The translations under genes and the position numbers were made by a program. This document shows, in pieces, positions 42,564 to 57,384 of a DNA stretch of 64,000 nt. Position 1 is the first letter of the stretch, and every line of letters starts with the position of its first letter. The notes beneath the pieces are model-generated. The model was not told the DNA's origin. It searched no databases and saw only the letters and a list, made by a program, of their open reading frames with translations. Source of the stretch: the human T2T-CHM13v2.0 reference genome, Homo sapiens. The DNA is taken from the NCBI RefSeq assembly GCF_009914755.1, contig NC_060927.1. One strand, given 5' to 3'.

Positions 42564-44339
42564 TTGCCTTCATGAAATTCACAGCCTAGAAAACAAGCTA
42601 GGACCCAAGGAACTATAGTATAGCACAGAAAGAAATCAACACTACAGGAGAGATTTGAAGGACCAGGGAAAGAAGGACTTCTTACCAGAAGAGGATCAAG
42701 CAAAAGCTTTATTGAGAAAATTACAATCTAAGCATTTGTGGAAATAAAAAGTTAATATACTTTGGGAAGATATTATAATATCACTTGCAAGATGTATTGT
42801 GCTTTGAATGAGTAATGTAATTATTGTTAATATTATATTACTGATAAAGAACTGACAATTGAACAATATATTTTTATAGTTCTTAGCTTTCCCATAATAT
42901 ACCATTTGCTAATCATTAATTAAGTCATGAAACCATACATTTAACAGAATACATTACATTCTTAAGTGTTCACTGAAGACAACATTGTCTGCCTCTCCAA
43001 AATGTTTAAATTATATGTTTATACATCTGTTGTGTACTTTCAAGGCAATGTAAACACAGAAATGTCTCAAAAATATATTGCAAAATGACACACCGAAGCT
43101 TCATCCAGACAACTATCCCCTGAATTTGCTGGCTGATTTGAAGTTCAATCAATACTAACCTGTACAAATAAGAAGAGCCCTGTTCTTCTAGCTTAAGAAT
43201 GGTAGCCCTGCTTTCAAAAGAAGCAATGAAAACTCCAAGCCATTCTCTCTTTATGGCATTACATGAACGAGTTTGGAGTCCTGTATCTGTATCCAAAGTA
43301 CAGCTCCTTCATTTAAGTTACTGTTTTGAAAGAACTTCTTAGAGGTCTTTAAAATCAGTATGTCCAGATCTCTGAGACTCAGAGCTACTGATTAAAATTT
43401 CAGTCATATCAAAAAATAATTGGGCTTTTGGGTGGGGGCTCAATATAATTTAGTGGAAAGTATATTACTATGAGACTCAAGAAACCTAAGTTTCAGTCTT
43501 GACTTCACCAGGATTGAGCCAGGTTTTCCCAGATAAAATGAAGAAGCTGAAAATCACTTTCAAATTCTCTTCTGACCAAGTTAAGACTCTATTATGGTGC
43601 TGGGAAATTATTAAGTTTTCCAGTTATAAATTGGCCAGGGGATTGTTCTGGAAAATTATTGCTTGAATAGTGAGAGTTAAGACACATTTCCAATCATGAG
43701 TTTTGAAGACCGACTTAATCACTTCCACCCCCTAGAGCCTCCAGCACTTGTTAATATCTTTATGATGGCATTTACCATATTGCATCTTGAACACTGGTGT
43801 CTGTCTTCCGTGATAGCATGGAAGGTTCATGAGGTCAGTCTCTTATTCATTATCCTGTTTTGCCAACTCATGGCAATATGCATGGCTCAGGCTATGTGTC
43901 CAATGTATGCTTGAAAAGTGGAAGAACAGACAAATGAGAATGTCAAAGGTAACTTTAAAAACCTGTCTGGAGATGACCTTGGTAATTTTCTTAAGCCAGT
44001 AACTTTTTAAAGCTATTTGCATGGTGTTTTCTCAAGGGAAGAATACCTTAATGACCCTTACGTCTGACAGCCTACAGTATATTGGATAAACTGAGGGAGC
44101 TGGCCAGGGCACTGCTGAGAACTCCCCAAAATGCTACATCAAGCACTTCTGAGTTGAGAGTATCTTTCCATGGGGTTATTTAGTATTTTTGGATGTAAGT
44201 ATTTAGTATTTAATATTATTTAGTATTTTGTATTTTATCCTTTCAAGTAAGGATAAAATATTGAACACTGGCTTTTACTTTCATTCCTACTTGAAACATA
44301 ATTAAAAGTACAATAAATGGATGCAGGTGTGTTTATATG

Positions 44340-47300
44340 TTTTGCATAATTCTTTAAAGATGGAACAAAAGAGAGAGAAGAAAACAACAACAACAAAATT
44401 TTAGAACTGGAAAACCAGCTGGTGAAGATATATTTTTCAGATCTGAGAAAGCTGAGGTCCTAAGTCAGCAGTGGAGAAAGCCAACAGGCAACTAACTTGG
44501 ATTGCACAATCTTCAAAAGTTTAGACAGTGGTAGCACCAGATTTGTCTAGAAGTGAGCTGAAGGAGAAAAGGGTAAATTATGCAAAAATGGTGGAAAGGT
44601 TGTTTTTAGGACGGTATTATAACCTCAAATCCTCTCCCAAACATCAAGCATCTAGCCAACTGCTCTCCACAATCCCAGGAGAAGACTAGATATTTATTCT
44701 TTGTAGTGGATAGAGCAGAAACTCTCTGCATAGTGGACAGAGTGAATACCACACTGAAAATCAGGAGATTAAGTGAACATTTCTACGGATTTCCAAAACC
44801 CACAGGACCCTCACAGCCAGGTCTTTCCCATTCAGGCAAGAGAATGGAAGAGTCTTCTTTGAGGAATCTTGGAAACGTAAGAGGTAAGACCTAAAGATAC
44901 GGACCTCAGGAGCTCCACAGTGAAAAGCCCACCAACATCACTCTACAACTAAGATCATTGACAACAAGCCCCACCCATGAACACAGAGCTTCCAGTCACC
45001 TTTTTAGCCCCCTACACCCACTTTTAAATATGAACAGGTAACCAAATATAAAAATATCTTCGGGAAATCTCTAACATGAAAGATAGAAATGAAAACAAAC
45101 AAAAAGCTTACTGGAAACAGAGGTTATAGAGGGAGATTAAAACTTCTTTAAAAATGTAAATCCCGTCCGGGAGGGAGGTGGGGGCCAGCCCCTGCCCGGC
45201 CAGCCGCCCCGTCCGGGAGGGAGGTGGGGGGCAGCCCCCACCCAGCCAGCCGCCCCATCCGGGAGGTGGGGGGCATCTCCGCCCAGCCGCCGTCCCGTCC
45301 GGGAGGTGGGGGGCGCCTCTGCCCGGCCGCCCCTTCTGGGAAGTGAGGAGCCCCTCTGCCCGGCCGCCACCCCGTCTGGGAGGTGTACCCAACAGCTCAT
45401 TGAGAACGGGCCATGATGAAGATGGCGGTTTTGTCGAATAGAAAAGGGGGAAATGTGGGGAAAAGATAGAGAAATCAGATTGTTGCTGTGTCTGTGTAGA
45501 AAGAAGTAGACATAGGAGACTCCATTTTGTTCTGTACTAAGAAAAATTCTTCTGCCTTGGGATGCTGTTGATCTATGACCTTACCCCCCAACCCGGTGCT
45601 CTCTGAAACATGTACCGTGTCCACTCAGGGTTAAATGGATTAAGGGCTGTGCAAGATGTGCTTTGTTAAACAGATGCTTGAAGGCAGCATGCTCCTTAAG
45701 AGTCATCACCACTCCCTAATCTCAAGTACCCAGGGACACAAACACTGCGGAAGTTCCCAGGGTCCTCTGCCTAGGAAAACCAGAGACCTTTGTTCACTTG
45801 TTTATCTGCTGACCTTCCCTCCACTATTGTCCTATGACCCTGCCAAATCCCCCTCTGCGAGAAACACCCAAGAACGATCAAAAAAAAAAAAAAAAAAAAA
45901 TGTAAATCATAATTATTCTCAGCAAAGTATTAGAAAATATCGCATCTGTGAAATAAGACGGCATAATATAAAACTGAACAATTAAAGAAAACAGACAAAT
46001 AAGCCTCTTGGAAATTAAAAATCTGATACCAGAAATTAAAGAAAACATCTAAGAAAAAGATTAAAAGATAAACTTGAGCCCATAATCTAGAAAATAGAGA
46101 AAAGACAAAAGAGGTAGAGAACAGGAAATAAAACATATGAAAAATAGAAACCTATGAAAAATAATCCAAAATATAAACAAGTAAGATTTCCAGAATACCA
46201 GAACAAAACAACAATAACAAAAAAAAGAGAGTAGGAGATCATTAAGAAAATATTTTCAAAAACTAAATTATTTTCAATTTTCTAGAGATTAAAGAATTAA
46301 AGAAAAAAATTCTAGAATTAAAGAAGAGTTTCCACAGTAAATACACAGCATAATGAGTGAAAATGAAACTATAAGAAGGCAAATTACTATCAATTTTCAA
46401 AACACTGAGAAAAAAGAATAGACACTAAAAGTTTTCAGAGAAAAAAAAATCAAGCATGTACAAAAAATAAGAAATCAGAATGTTAGAATGATATCAGACC
46501 AGAACAACAAAACTGGCAGAAAAAAAGATGTTGTAATGGTGTAATTTAAGTTCTGAAGAAAACTTATTTTAAATCTAGAATTCTATACCTAACCACACGA
46601 TTGTTCAAATATGAGGAAAAATGAAGATATTTTCCGATATGAAAAGGCTCAGAAATTTTACTGTGTATCCTTTTTTTTTTAGGAAGCTGTTGGAGAATGT
46701 ATTCCACCAAAATAAGAGAGTGAACTAATACAGAGGATGCAGGAGAACAAGAGATCCAAGCAGAGACCTGCAAAAATTTTCTAGGGTGATGGAAAAAGAG
46801 ACCCTGGGACCAAAGCAATGCACAGAAAAAGGGTGCACATAGCACCCAGTCATCAGGTTCTGAGGGATATTACTTCACGATGAAATTGATAGAATATCTG
46901 TGCATCTGAGTGTCTTCAGATGAGATTCAGATAACTGGCAGGGACTTGGAGTTAAATATAGTACAAAGTATGTAGAAAGCTGGGCACGTAAAAACAAGAC
47001 AGTTATCAACCACAGAAAAAAAACAAAATCTTATGACAAAAGTAATCATAGTTTAATTTGTCTTAGTCATGAAAGTATTTACATAATCATAATCATGCAA
47101 CTACTAAATACTGATCTAACAAAAATAACAATGTAACAGCCTTGGAAAGATGGTGAGATGGAAAGGAGGCATGTTGTGGTAAGAATGTGATAAAGGGAGA
47201 GACTTGAAAGCTATTTCCTTGGTGGGACGCTGAGAAATTAAGAGGTAGTAAGAAGAGAATATTGTTTAGCATATGAAGGTAAATATCAACAAGAGTCGAA

Positions 47301-47360
47301 AGTGATTGTAGAGGAAAAAATGGGAGAGAGGACAAGAAAGTACTATATTTCACAATATAC
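44340..47360 (+). mobile_element. Ancient L1M/HAL1-like 5'-ORF1 relic interrupted by an SVA
   Basis: Very A-rich; motifs ctagaattctatacc...aaggctcagaaattt...aggaagctgttggagaatgtattccacc. Confidence 0.55.
45163..45900 (+). mobile_element. 5'-truncated SVA retrotransposon (partial VNTR, SINE-R, poly(A)); SVA_C-like
   Basis: VNTR units ccgtccgggagggaggtggggg; SINE-R gaggtgtacccaacagctcattgagaacgggcc...gaaacacccaagaa; TSD aaaaatgtaaatc at 45150-45162 and 45896-45908. Confidence 0.97.
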
Positions 47361-47984
47361 TTTGTATAACTGTGACAAAAATAGCAAGTAAAAACAGAAA
47401 AAGAAAGAAGAAATCACCTCAAATGTTATGCATGAGAGATTGTTTTTATACTGCTTTTGCTCTAAAAGCATTTCTGATGGAATTGAGTATCACAGGAGAT
47501 TGCAGTGTGTTCCCCAACATCCTCCCATCTTTACTAAGACACGATTCACTGGGGTCAGTTGAGATTAAAAGAGGTTGCTCAGAGACAAGACAAGGCTGTC
47601 GTTGCCATCTGTCTAACTGCACCTTATGGTTATTAGATGAAAATCATCTGCTGACCTTCATCTTCAAAATCTTGTTCATAAATCTTTTACCAATCAAGCT
47701 GAGACCTTCCCTGTACAAGGTGCTTTCTAGACTTCAACCATTGATCACGATGATGCAGTTTGGTATGATGTGTCTTCCTGGAGCAGTTTTAAGTGTTTGA
47801 TTCAAAAGTGAAATCTTTGTGGAGCTGCCATACTTTACAGCACTACACTGAGCTACAACTAAAGGCACACATTGCAAGTGTGGTGCTTGAATTTCATTTA
47901 AACAATTAAGCAAACTCGAATCCATCAGACTCAGCAAAACCCCATGGCGATGATTTCGTACCAGAGCAGTTCTGAGATACTTAA

Positions 47985-48230
47985 AATAATAATATCTACA
48001 TTTTATTGAATGCTTATTATATGCCAGGTAGTGTGGTAAATACTTACACTATCTTATTTAGTAGTAAAAACAACTCTATAAATAGCTACTATTATTATCT
48101 CCATTATATAGATAAGGAAATCCAGGATTATGGAGATTAGGACCCTTGCCCAATGTCTTTGGCTAGGAATTAGGAAAACAAAAATCAAGACCAGAATTGG
48201 ATTCAGAAACTGTTCTTTTAGAACTCTGTC
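47985..48230. mobile_element. MIR SINE
   Basis: ttattgaatgcttattatatgccagg...attatctccattatatagataaggaaa. Confidence 0.75.
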
Positions 48231-48443
48231 TTCGCTAAGGAAGGGTCATCATAATATCAAAAATATGCCATTGAAAGTGATGGGTGAGTTTGGAGACAAA
48301 CATATTTCTGAAGTGAGTCTTCATATATTTAAGCATAGATGAGTTTGAGAAAATTCATATAGCACAGTTGCAAAATGCACGTATATTAGTACTTGCATAG
48401 TTTTTAGTCTGTTATAATTCTGAGTCTTATTTATAGATCTTAA

Positions 48444-48769
<326 letters not shown>

Positions 48770-50029
48770 TTAAGCCTGACACTTTTCGAAAGGTTATTTT
48801 CAAAAGGAACTTTACCCTAGAATACTAGTCTATAAGTTTCAACGCTAGAATTTTAGAGAGTTGAGAGCCAAAAGTGAACAGAAATGAAACTCATTGTTCC
48901 ATTAAGCAAGAGAAGTGTGTTAGCAGCAGAGACTGGCAAAAATCAGAGTGAAATACTGGGTCACTGCATTTCTTCTGGCCCTGACAGTGTTCTTGTACGT
49001 ATATCTTGCTTTGCACAGTAGATGTGTTCTTGAAAAGCTAGTGAATAATTAAAGCTTTGTAAGTAGAATTGTATTCTAGAAGACCTAGGAATCTAATTTT
49101 TTAAAGATGATTACAGTAGTCAATGTTTTTGAAATGTAAATGAAATCATCACCTACATTACATAATTTGTAACAGGCTTCCACAATTTGCTTCCAACCTT
49201 TCTTCCTTATATGATTCATCATCTACTGTGTCCTGTCCCAACCCTTACATGGTTCATGAGGAAAGAGTGTCAGTACTATATTCAGCACCTAAAACAGTGT
49301 CCAGCACAATAAATGGACACTGGATGAATGAACTAAGCAATCCATTAATCTTCTCCTGGCTACTACATGTATATCAATGTCTCTCTACCTTTGCATATAA
49401 TATTTCATCAGCCTAGAATGATTTTCCAATGTTTTCATTTTATCCCTTCTGCAAGAGTGAGTTCAAATGCCAACTCCTTCCTAGATGTCAAATTCCTCTC
49501 TATATTCCCAAAAGATTACATTTAGATATTTAGTGTAATAGGGGATAATTGAAACCTTGTCTTAGTCCTTGGTTCCTAGCCTCTAATGCCTAGCCAGAGC
49601 AATCCACACAGACAATGTGATGGTAAAAGTAAATTTAATCTAAATTTTCACATGTATTGCCAGCTGTCAGTTCTTCCTAGGTTTCTCTTTATGCATATCT
49701 TCAAAAGCTAATTTGTGAGGTGTTCTTGAGGTCAGTAACTGCATGGTTTTTCATGTCTAGCCCCAGTAACAAGCAATGTGCATGGCACAGATAAATGGAT
49801 ACGTCCAAGCATGGATCCTTGTATTAATTAATTAACCAGTGTGGTTGTGGATAATGCTGGGCTAATTGTCTATACGTGATATCACTGACTCTTTTAAGCT
49901 ATGGAATTCCCTCATGAGAATGCTATCCCTGATCCCTTATTCTGATATTTCTGAATAACCAGCAAAATACACATCTATTTCTAGATTGAATTCCCAAGTG
50001 CAAGAGAATCTTAGACTAGATTGTCTACA

Positions 50030-50195
50030 CCAGGTTTTCTCAAAGATCTAGACTAGCAGCATCAACACCTTCTGGGAACTTGTAGAAAAGTAAACTCAAA
50101 AGCCCGGGCTAACCCTGGGTTCACTGAATCAGAAACCCTAGGGGTGGGGCCCAGTGATCTGTGTTTTTGTACACACTTAAGTTGGAAAACTGGTC
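50030..50195. mobile_element. MER5A-type MITE
   Basis: gactagcagcatcaaca...actgaatcagaaaccctaggggtggggcccag. Confidence 0.75.
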
Positions 50196-51154
50196 AGAAA
50201 GTTGTCCTTACGATTCTGACATAAACAATGCAATGTTTCCTGGACCCAGCCAACAACGTCAACATCCCTGTTAAAATAGTCAGGTTCTTTCTTCTGAAGA
50301 AATTAGACTTCATTGTAAGCCAGATAATGGGAAAAAAATAGTAAAACTATGATTTAAAAAATCAGTATAGGAATCAATTGATGTCACTGCCACTCAGTTT
50401 TTATTGCATAATTTAAAACGAGTATATCTTAACTACATTGTTTTAAACTGCATACCACAGCTGCATGGCATTCTCTGGTTCCAAACAGATAAAAATGAGC
50501 AAAATAAAACTAGGTAAGATGAAGAGGAATCTTAGGGATTTTAAGGAAAGAATCCAGCCCCATACAGAAGCAGAGGAAGTAGTAAGCCTAAGGGTCAAAT
50601 GCTAACAACAAGAATAACAACAGTAGCAGCTGTAATTATTAAGTACTAATTTTAAGCTTGGTTCTTTATATATATTTTCCTCGTTTGTCTCATTAACCTA
50701 GAAAGAGCGTCATTGTACAAATTAGGAAGCAAGGATACAGAAATATATCTTACCCAAGTTACAGAGACTAAAAAGTTGTTAGTTGTGTGTTTGATTTCAA
50801 GTCTTACGATCTTTCTACCACACCACTGAGCTGCCCAGGTAAACAGAACAGTTATTCAATGTGAGGGTTAGAAAAAGAAGCTGCAACCCAATGCTTAATT
50901 AAGCCCCTAGGGGTGGAAGCCAACTTAAGGCACATAAGAGCAGTGGGTTCTTTCTTGAACCCACCTGATAACAGGCAGGAAGGCCCAGTGATTCCTCAAG
51001 TCTGTATCTTATTGGCCCAGGGCTTGAGTGAGACTAAGCCTGCAGAGATTGGGTATTCTGAAGGTTAATAAAATCTGTACATACACAGTGGGACTAGTTT
51101 TTCAGTAACAAAGGAAGGTTGATTGGCTTATAAGACTATACTAAAGTATGCCTT

Positions 51155-51370
51155 GGGTGTTAAGTAGTGGTTAAGCTCATAGACTCTGAAGCCAGTCTGC
51201 AACTTACTAGCTGTGTGACCTGGGCAAATTACTTAACATCTCTATGCTTGACTTTTCTCATCCCTGAAATAGGGATGACAATAGTGCCTGCCTCATTGGG
51301 TTTTTATGAGGCTTAAGTGAGTCAATATATGTAAAGTACAGTGCCTAAACATAGTAAAAGCTGCAAAAGC
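51155..51370. mobile_element. MIR SINE
   Basis: acttactagctgtgtgacctgggcaaattacttaacatctctatgc. Confidence 0.85.
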
Positions 51371-52429
51371 ATTATTTCAAAAGACTCAGTTATCTTTCCA
51401 AATGTCCTTTCAATGTTTGACATGAATAAAGCATGAAAGCATGAAGAATAAAGAGCTTTTTTAAGTTTAGCTGGATCTGTTTAAGTTTATAACTGAACCC
51501 AACACCTATTACAGTTTTTTTCCCCATAAAGCATAGAAAGAAAATCTGCTTTATGGGAAAAAAACTGTAATAAAATATGTGAAAAAGGATAAAACTCCAC
51601 TTATAATTCAATCGTCATTATCCAAATATTGTCACTTTTTGCATAATACAATCTACTATTTGCCAATGACCAAATTTTACATTATAATTAGTGCATATAT
51701 CCACATGTACTATTTTTATAATTACCATTATGTCATAAACACTTCTGATTATAACCCATGTTCATAAACATGTTAATGGCTGTTAGATATTTCCCTTTCT
51801 TTTATTCTTCGCATAATCAAGAAATTCAGTTTATTAACCATGAAACCCTTAGACCTTGGATAGCTTTCATCTGGTGGTAGAAAATGCTTCTTCTATCTAA
51901 AATGATCAGTAGCCAATCAAACATTGGAAGACATAGTTATTGGTTTTTAAATTGTTTGAAGGCAATGAAGGATTGAGTGCAATTGTTTTTTAGTAATATA
52001 TTACTAATGATTGAGAACTAAAGAAAATCAGACTTCCTATCAATAATGTCAGTAAAACACTCAGCCCTTGGACTGTTTGTCATTATTCTGTTAGTCTTTC
52101 TTTTTTTTTTTTTTTTTTTTTTTTAGCAAGAAGGTGCTGGTTAGGGCTGGCAGAGAGAAGAAAACCATATCCACCAAATCAACTTCACATATGACTGTTG
52201 TATAAATAAACTCATCTTAATTGTAAAGAGGACACATATGAGGGTGAAGAAAAGACGTTATAAAAACATAATGTACAATCTGCTAAGCAAAAATGCCATC
52301 AAGTTCGCCAAAAGAGATAGGAGAGAACAAGCAGCTGATCATAAATCTTTAAACAGAATGTATCCACTGTAGTTCCTATATAAACACTTCACAAATGCTG
52401 GTTCTTTCAATCCCAGAAGTGAAAAGAAT

Positions 52430-52580
52430 CTTGCCTCTAATCCACTCTTGTTTTGCAGATGAAGAACAAGGCCATAGAAAGAAAGCCACGAGCTCAAACT
52501 GAAGATGGGGCGGGAATTAGGATTCAAATCCAGGTCTCCGGATCCCCAAGACAGCGTCTTTTCCACAAGGCCACTGCAGC
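52430..52580. mobile_element. MIR-derived element with a GC box
   Basis: ttttgcagatgaagaacaaggcc...ggggcgggaattaggattcaaatccaggtctccg. Confidence 0.6.
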
Positions 52581-55500
52581 CATCCATCAATTTAGACATG
52601 AACCTGTTACCTATGTGGTCACAATCATGCCATATACAAACTTTAGCCAAGTAGCACTTTTTTCCTCTTAGTGCTTTCTCACTCAGAATCAAATTAATTC
52701 CTCAATAAAGTTATAAATCCAACAACTTCAGTTGCACAATTCACAGCATTAAAAAGCTAGCTCAAACCCACACTGAGTCCTTAAAATTTGATGTGGTAAT
52801 TATGATCACCCTGTTTATTTTCTGTAGAAGTTAAGCCTAAAGAGGATCAAGAAAGAATACAAACAAGCTTAAAATAACAATTTCTTTGTAACAAGAAAAT
52901 AAAAATCAATAATGGGCAAACCGAGTTAAAAAAAAAAAAGAGAGAGAGGTTTAGTACACTGAGGTTCATCCATGGAATAGAAGAACGAGAACCTGATCCC
53001 AGATCTTCTAGCATTTAATAGATTAGATTAGAATAATCTAAGTAGTCTGTTAGATTAATACATTAGAATATTAGTTATATTTCATTGGAACATGCACCAT
53101 GTGTATTTTATGCCTCAGTGTATCACCAGAGTATACAATGTCATAATTCCACCAGTGTGCATACTACAGTTAGAAAAGCTCAGCCTTAGAACAGCTAACA
53201 AACAGCAGGTTCTAAGGAAATACTGCTTATTGAATCAATCAACCAATGGTCTCATTTTAAAAGACTGGCACTGATTGGTCTGTGCTATTGCTTTAGTTGT
53301 CTCCTTCATGTTTATGTTATTGTTATTGAGGGTCTTGCTATATTTGCATAATCGTTTGTTTTTTATGCTGATGCAAATCAAAGCCCATAGTAAAAAAGTA
53401 CTCATTTCATCTCATGTTAAGTTATTTGTAGGCTTGAAAATAAAGAGTGATTTACATGAAAACCTTTATCTTGATACATAGCAAATATTTCTCTTTTAAA
53501 TCCCAGAAGAAAGAAGTAAACCAAATTCAATTTTAAATAGTGCTAGAAATGTTGAACATGTTTTGAAATGAAGGAAAAGCCTTTAGATAAAATGTGTAAA
53601 TAGTCTAATTTTAAATTTTCCAGATTTAAACAATTAGAATGATCATATAATAAATCTTATATAATAGTCTTGTTTGTAGAGTATCTAACCCCAATTTATT
53701 ATAATATGTGAAAGAGACTAAGGGCAAAAAAAAAAAAAAAAAAGAAAAACAAGAAAAACAACCCAACACATTTTGAAGCAGGAAGCATATCTAGATTTTT
53801 CAGTTCCCAAGTATCTGAAAAGAAATTTCCCAAATTACCTGTGTTGAGGTTTGTTCAATCTGTTAGAGTGCTATCAGTACTGGAGGATTCGAGGAAAACC
53901 TGTTTCACGTGGGTGATAATTGTAGAAGTGAATGAGGTAGGGAGAGATTGGCATTGCTGCCTCTTCCTGCCTGCTTGGTAAAGGACTCTTTGGTGCATTT
54001 AGTTATCTTCTGAACAGCCTCTGAAAGTTTCTGGATTCTTTTTCTGCAGTCTAGTCCCTTTGGGTTGCTTCTCAGGCTAATGGCCAATCCACAAACAAGA
54101 AAGAAACAAAAACCTAACCACAGAATGGCAGCATGCCTTTACTTCTATCACGTAGTTTAAAGTCCCACTTTCAATTATGTGTGCTTTTTCAATCATTAGT
54201 AATGGGGCTTGTTTCAGGTAAAAAGCCAGGCAGAGTATGCGCTAAAGAAAAAAGAAAAGATCTGTGAAGGGGCAACAGGTGTCCTTTGGGACTTCTGCCT
54301 AGGTGCCATCAGCAGCATCGCAGCAGTTAAATACCACGGCCTCCCTGGGTGGGAGTCTCACATTCCCAAAGACAAGGAGACAGAGACTATTTCAAAAAGT
54401 AACTGGAGAGATGAGAAAGCTAAAATTAGAACTATTGACATAGATCCTTAAAAAATCCTACCGTGCTCTGCATGCAAGGATGCTAATAAGGAGATGAGGA
54501 AGATGATGCTGGGGAAAATGGCATGTCATCTTAGCCTCAAACTCTTGCCATCTATTTTGCATATCTATTTTCAATCCCAAGTCTGTAGTACAGAAATGAA
54601 ATCTCTCTTCTACACACACTCTCTTAACACTAAAGAGGGTGGTAATAAAAGACAAGGCCCAGGCAGTAGAAGTCCTATAGTGCTCCTGATAAAGAACACA
54701 TGTATGTGTTATAGTTTCCTAGTAACCATCTTGGAGCTTATCGATGGATTCATAATTGAGGACATACATCATCACCTGAGTGTTTCTTAAATATCTGACT
54801 TGCAGGTATTACAGGATGTCTGGTGGTTCTGAGATGTACCCCGATTAAGACCATTGTTAGTGGCCAGAATTTACACAGTTTATGTTTTAAACCCATCCAA
54901 GGTGTAATACTTGACTCAATATATCTCCATCCCCAAACCCATAAGATGTAGAGACAAATTCAGGTGTTGGAGACGTTACTATTAAAACTGTAGAATAAGC
55001 ACACAAGAAATCCCTTTTGGTAAAGTGAAGTTTTTGTGGGAGTTAATGAAGGGTGATTTATTGAGTGTCGTGCAGTATACTTGCTGCTAAAACTACAAAA
55101 ATGGCAGAGGACCAATTTCTACCATCCAGGATCTCACAGTCTAGTGTAAAGAGAGATACAGCTAAAAATGATGAAAGTCAGATTATAATTCTAAAGAGTT
55201 CTAAATACTTTATTAGCATGAGTTTTATTTCATAATCATGATATTATGGTACAGCACTTGGGATGGGTATAAGAATTTTTATTTTGCAGAGAAACAGAGG
55301 TAAGATGAGTTGCCTAAGTCATTTAGTCTTTATGATCCTTTGTTTTGTTATCTATAAAATAAAGTTAAAATGCCAAATCACAGGGTTTTAAGGGAGATTG
55401 TATATATTAAAAGCCTTTCGAAAAAGTACAAAGTGTTTCACGAACGTTATTTATGGGTGTAAATATGTGACAAATCAGGAAACCCAATATTAAGAGATGC

Positions 55501-57384
55501 AATAAACCATTATTGGTCAATCAGTAGCACAAAACACCAAACCTAATAAGGTTGGTACTTCAAAAACTTAAAAGCACAAAAGAAAAAGGATAAGGGAATG
55601 GCAAGTAGGTTGGCCTCCCCCAGACCTATTACTGAGGGTAACAAGCCTCATAATAACCTAAAGCAAGAAACAGGTTAGGCAGGTAGCTAGTCAGGTGGAA
55701 TAGCTTTTATAGTAGATACATAGCTTGAGTTCAAATGTTCTCCCACACAATAATTTTGTTTAAATAAACCAAAGGGGAAACAAAAGGCAGGAATTATTGC
55801 TGTGGAATGTTAAGTGCCTCTTTGGAGCTCATTAATCACTGTAAGACTTTATATTCTAGCCTCCCGGATAACCTACTAGAACTCTGAAAGATGAATGGAG
55901 AAGACACATAAAATGCTAGAAATCAACAGCTCTTGATCCTGTTCATATATCCCTACATTGTAAGCTTTTAGAGGGCAAGTCAATAAACTATTTATACCTC
56001 TGTCCCCCACATTTAATAATGTGCCTGGAACAATGTGGCAACTCGGTATTTTAAATTAAATGAACTGGACCCCCTTTGATATTTAAGAATCTTGAGACCC
56101 AAAGAGGAAAAGATTTGTCCAAATTTACACCATGACAGGTGGAGTAAGAAACTGTATTTCCTACACTCAGTGACTATACATCATGATTTTACTGAATTAT
56201 GTTTTACTTATCTCACTATACTGGCTCAGTCTTTTATTATTGTTGTTGTTATTGTTTAACCACAAAATGGCTCTTCTTAAAATCGCTTTCCAGTTCTGAT
56301 ATACTAATGATTGCATAGACATTTCCTTTCTCTGCTGCAGAGTAAATCATCCTGGCTTCAGAGAAATGACTGTTCTATACCTTAAGTGTGTTGGTTCATG
56401 GCCCTGACTGAACTCTGATGGCTGGTATGAAATCTAGAACAAAGAATTGAATCTTCCTTGGAAATACATGTGCAGGTCTCTCTTGAGAGAGTGGGTCAAA
56501 TTACTCCCTTCCATGTTCTGGAATCACACTGATGTTTCTGGGAGCCCTCCTGGTAGCTAAGTTTCCCACACTTCTCCCAACTTACAATCTTCTGGATCCA
56601 TGAAGTTGGCCTAAAAAAACTAATTAAGGCTATCCAACGCATATAATTCGAATCCCTACTATGCAAACTTAAATATTCTACCTGAGATAGACACTTAGGT
56701 GGTTGCTGGAATGTTAAAGGCTCAGATTTTGCCCACGAGAAGGTTAATATATTAGTGAAGATAGAAGAGTGAAATTGTCAAGTTCAGAGATTGCATCTTA
56801 GTTTTCTTTCACATTCTCAGAAATAAGCACATTGGGTACATATCAGATGCTCAATAAATATTTGTTTAAATAAAAAGCACAAAAATTACAATGTTGACTG
56901 TAAGAAACGCAGTATGTGAGGGACAAACGAGTACTTAGGTCATAGGAATCTCAAAAGGGTTGAACAGAGAGGTATGACAATAGAAAAGGATAAAACTATA
57001 TTCACTCTGTTTAGAAGTGCCTTGATTTAAGTAGTCAAATATCATCACATTACCATGAGTTAACAGCAGACTTTGTCAGGAGCTTAAAATGAATGTAGAG
57101 AATAAATATTTAGGGTAATTGGGGGTTGAAAGTAAGTGATTGGAGGATGAGCAGCAAGGGTATTTAAAAGTAAGTTTGTTTTCTGATCTAACTATGAGTT
57201 AGATCACGCAGTTTCTTTTTCATTTCATTTTTGTTGTATCCAAAAACAACCAGAAGACCTAGAACATGATCACATATCCATGAGCCTTCATAATGATTAG
57301 ACAGATAATATCAAATCTTCTCTACTGAGGTGCCTGGAGTGGTGTCATTCATTCTCAGGTGCAATCAGTTCCCTGAGATCTACA

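Noticed and set aside
45108-45985. Several GC-rich ORFs
   Set aside because: SVA VNTR and SINE-R translations.
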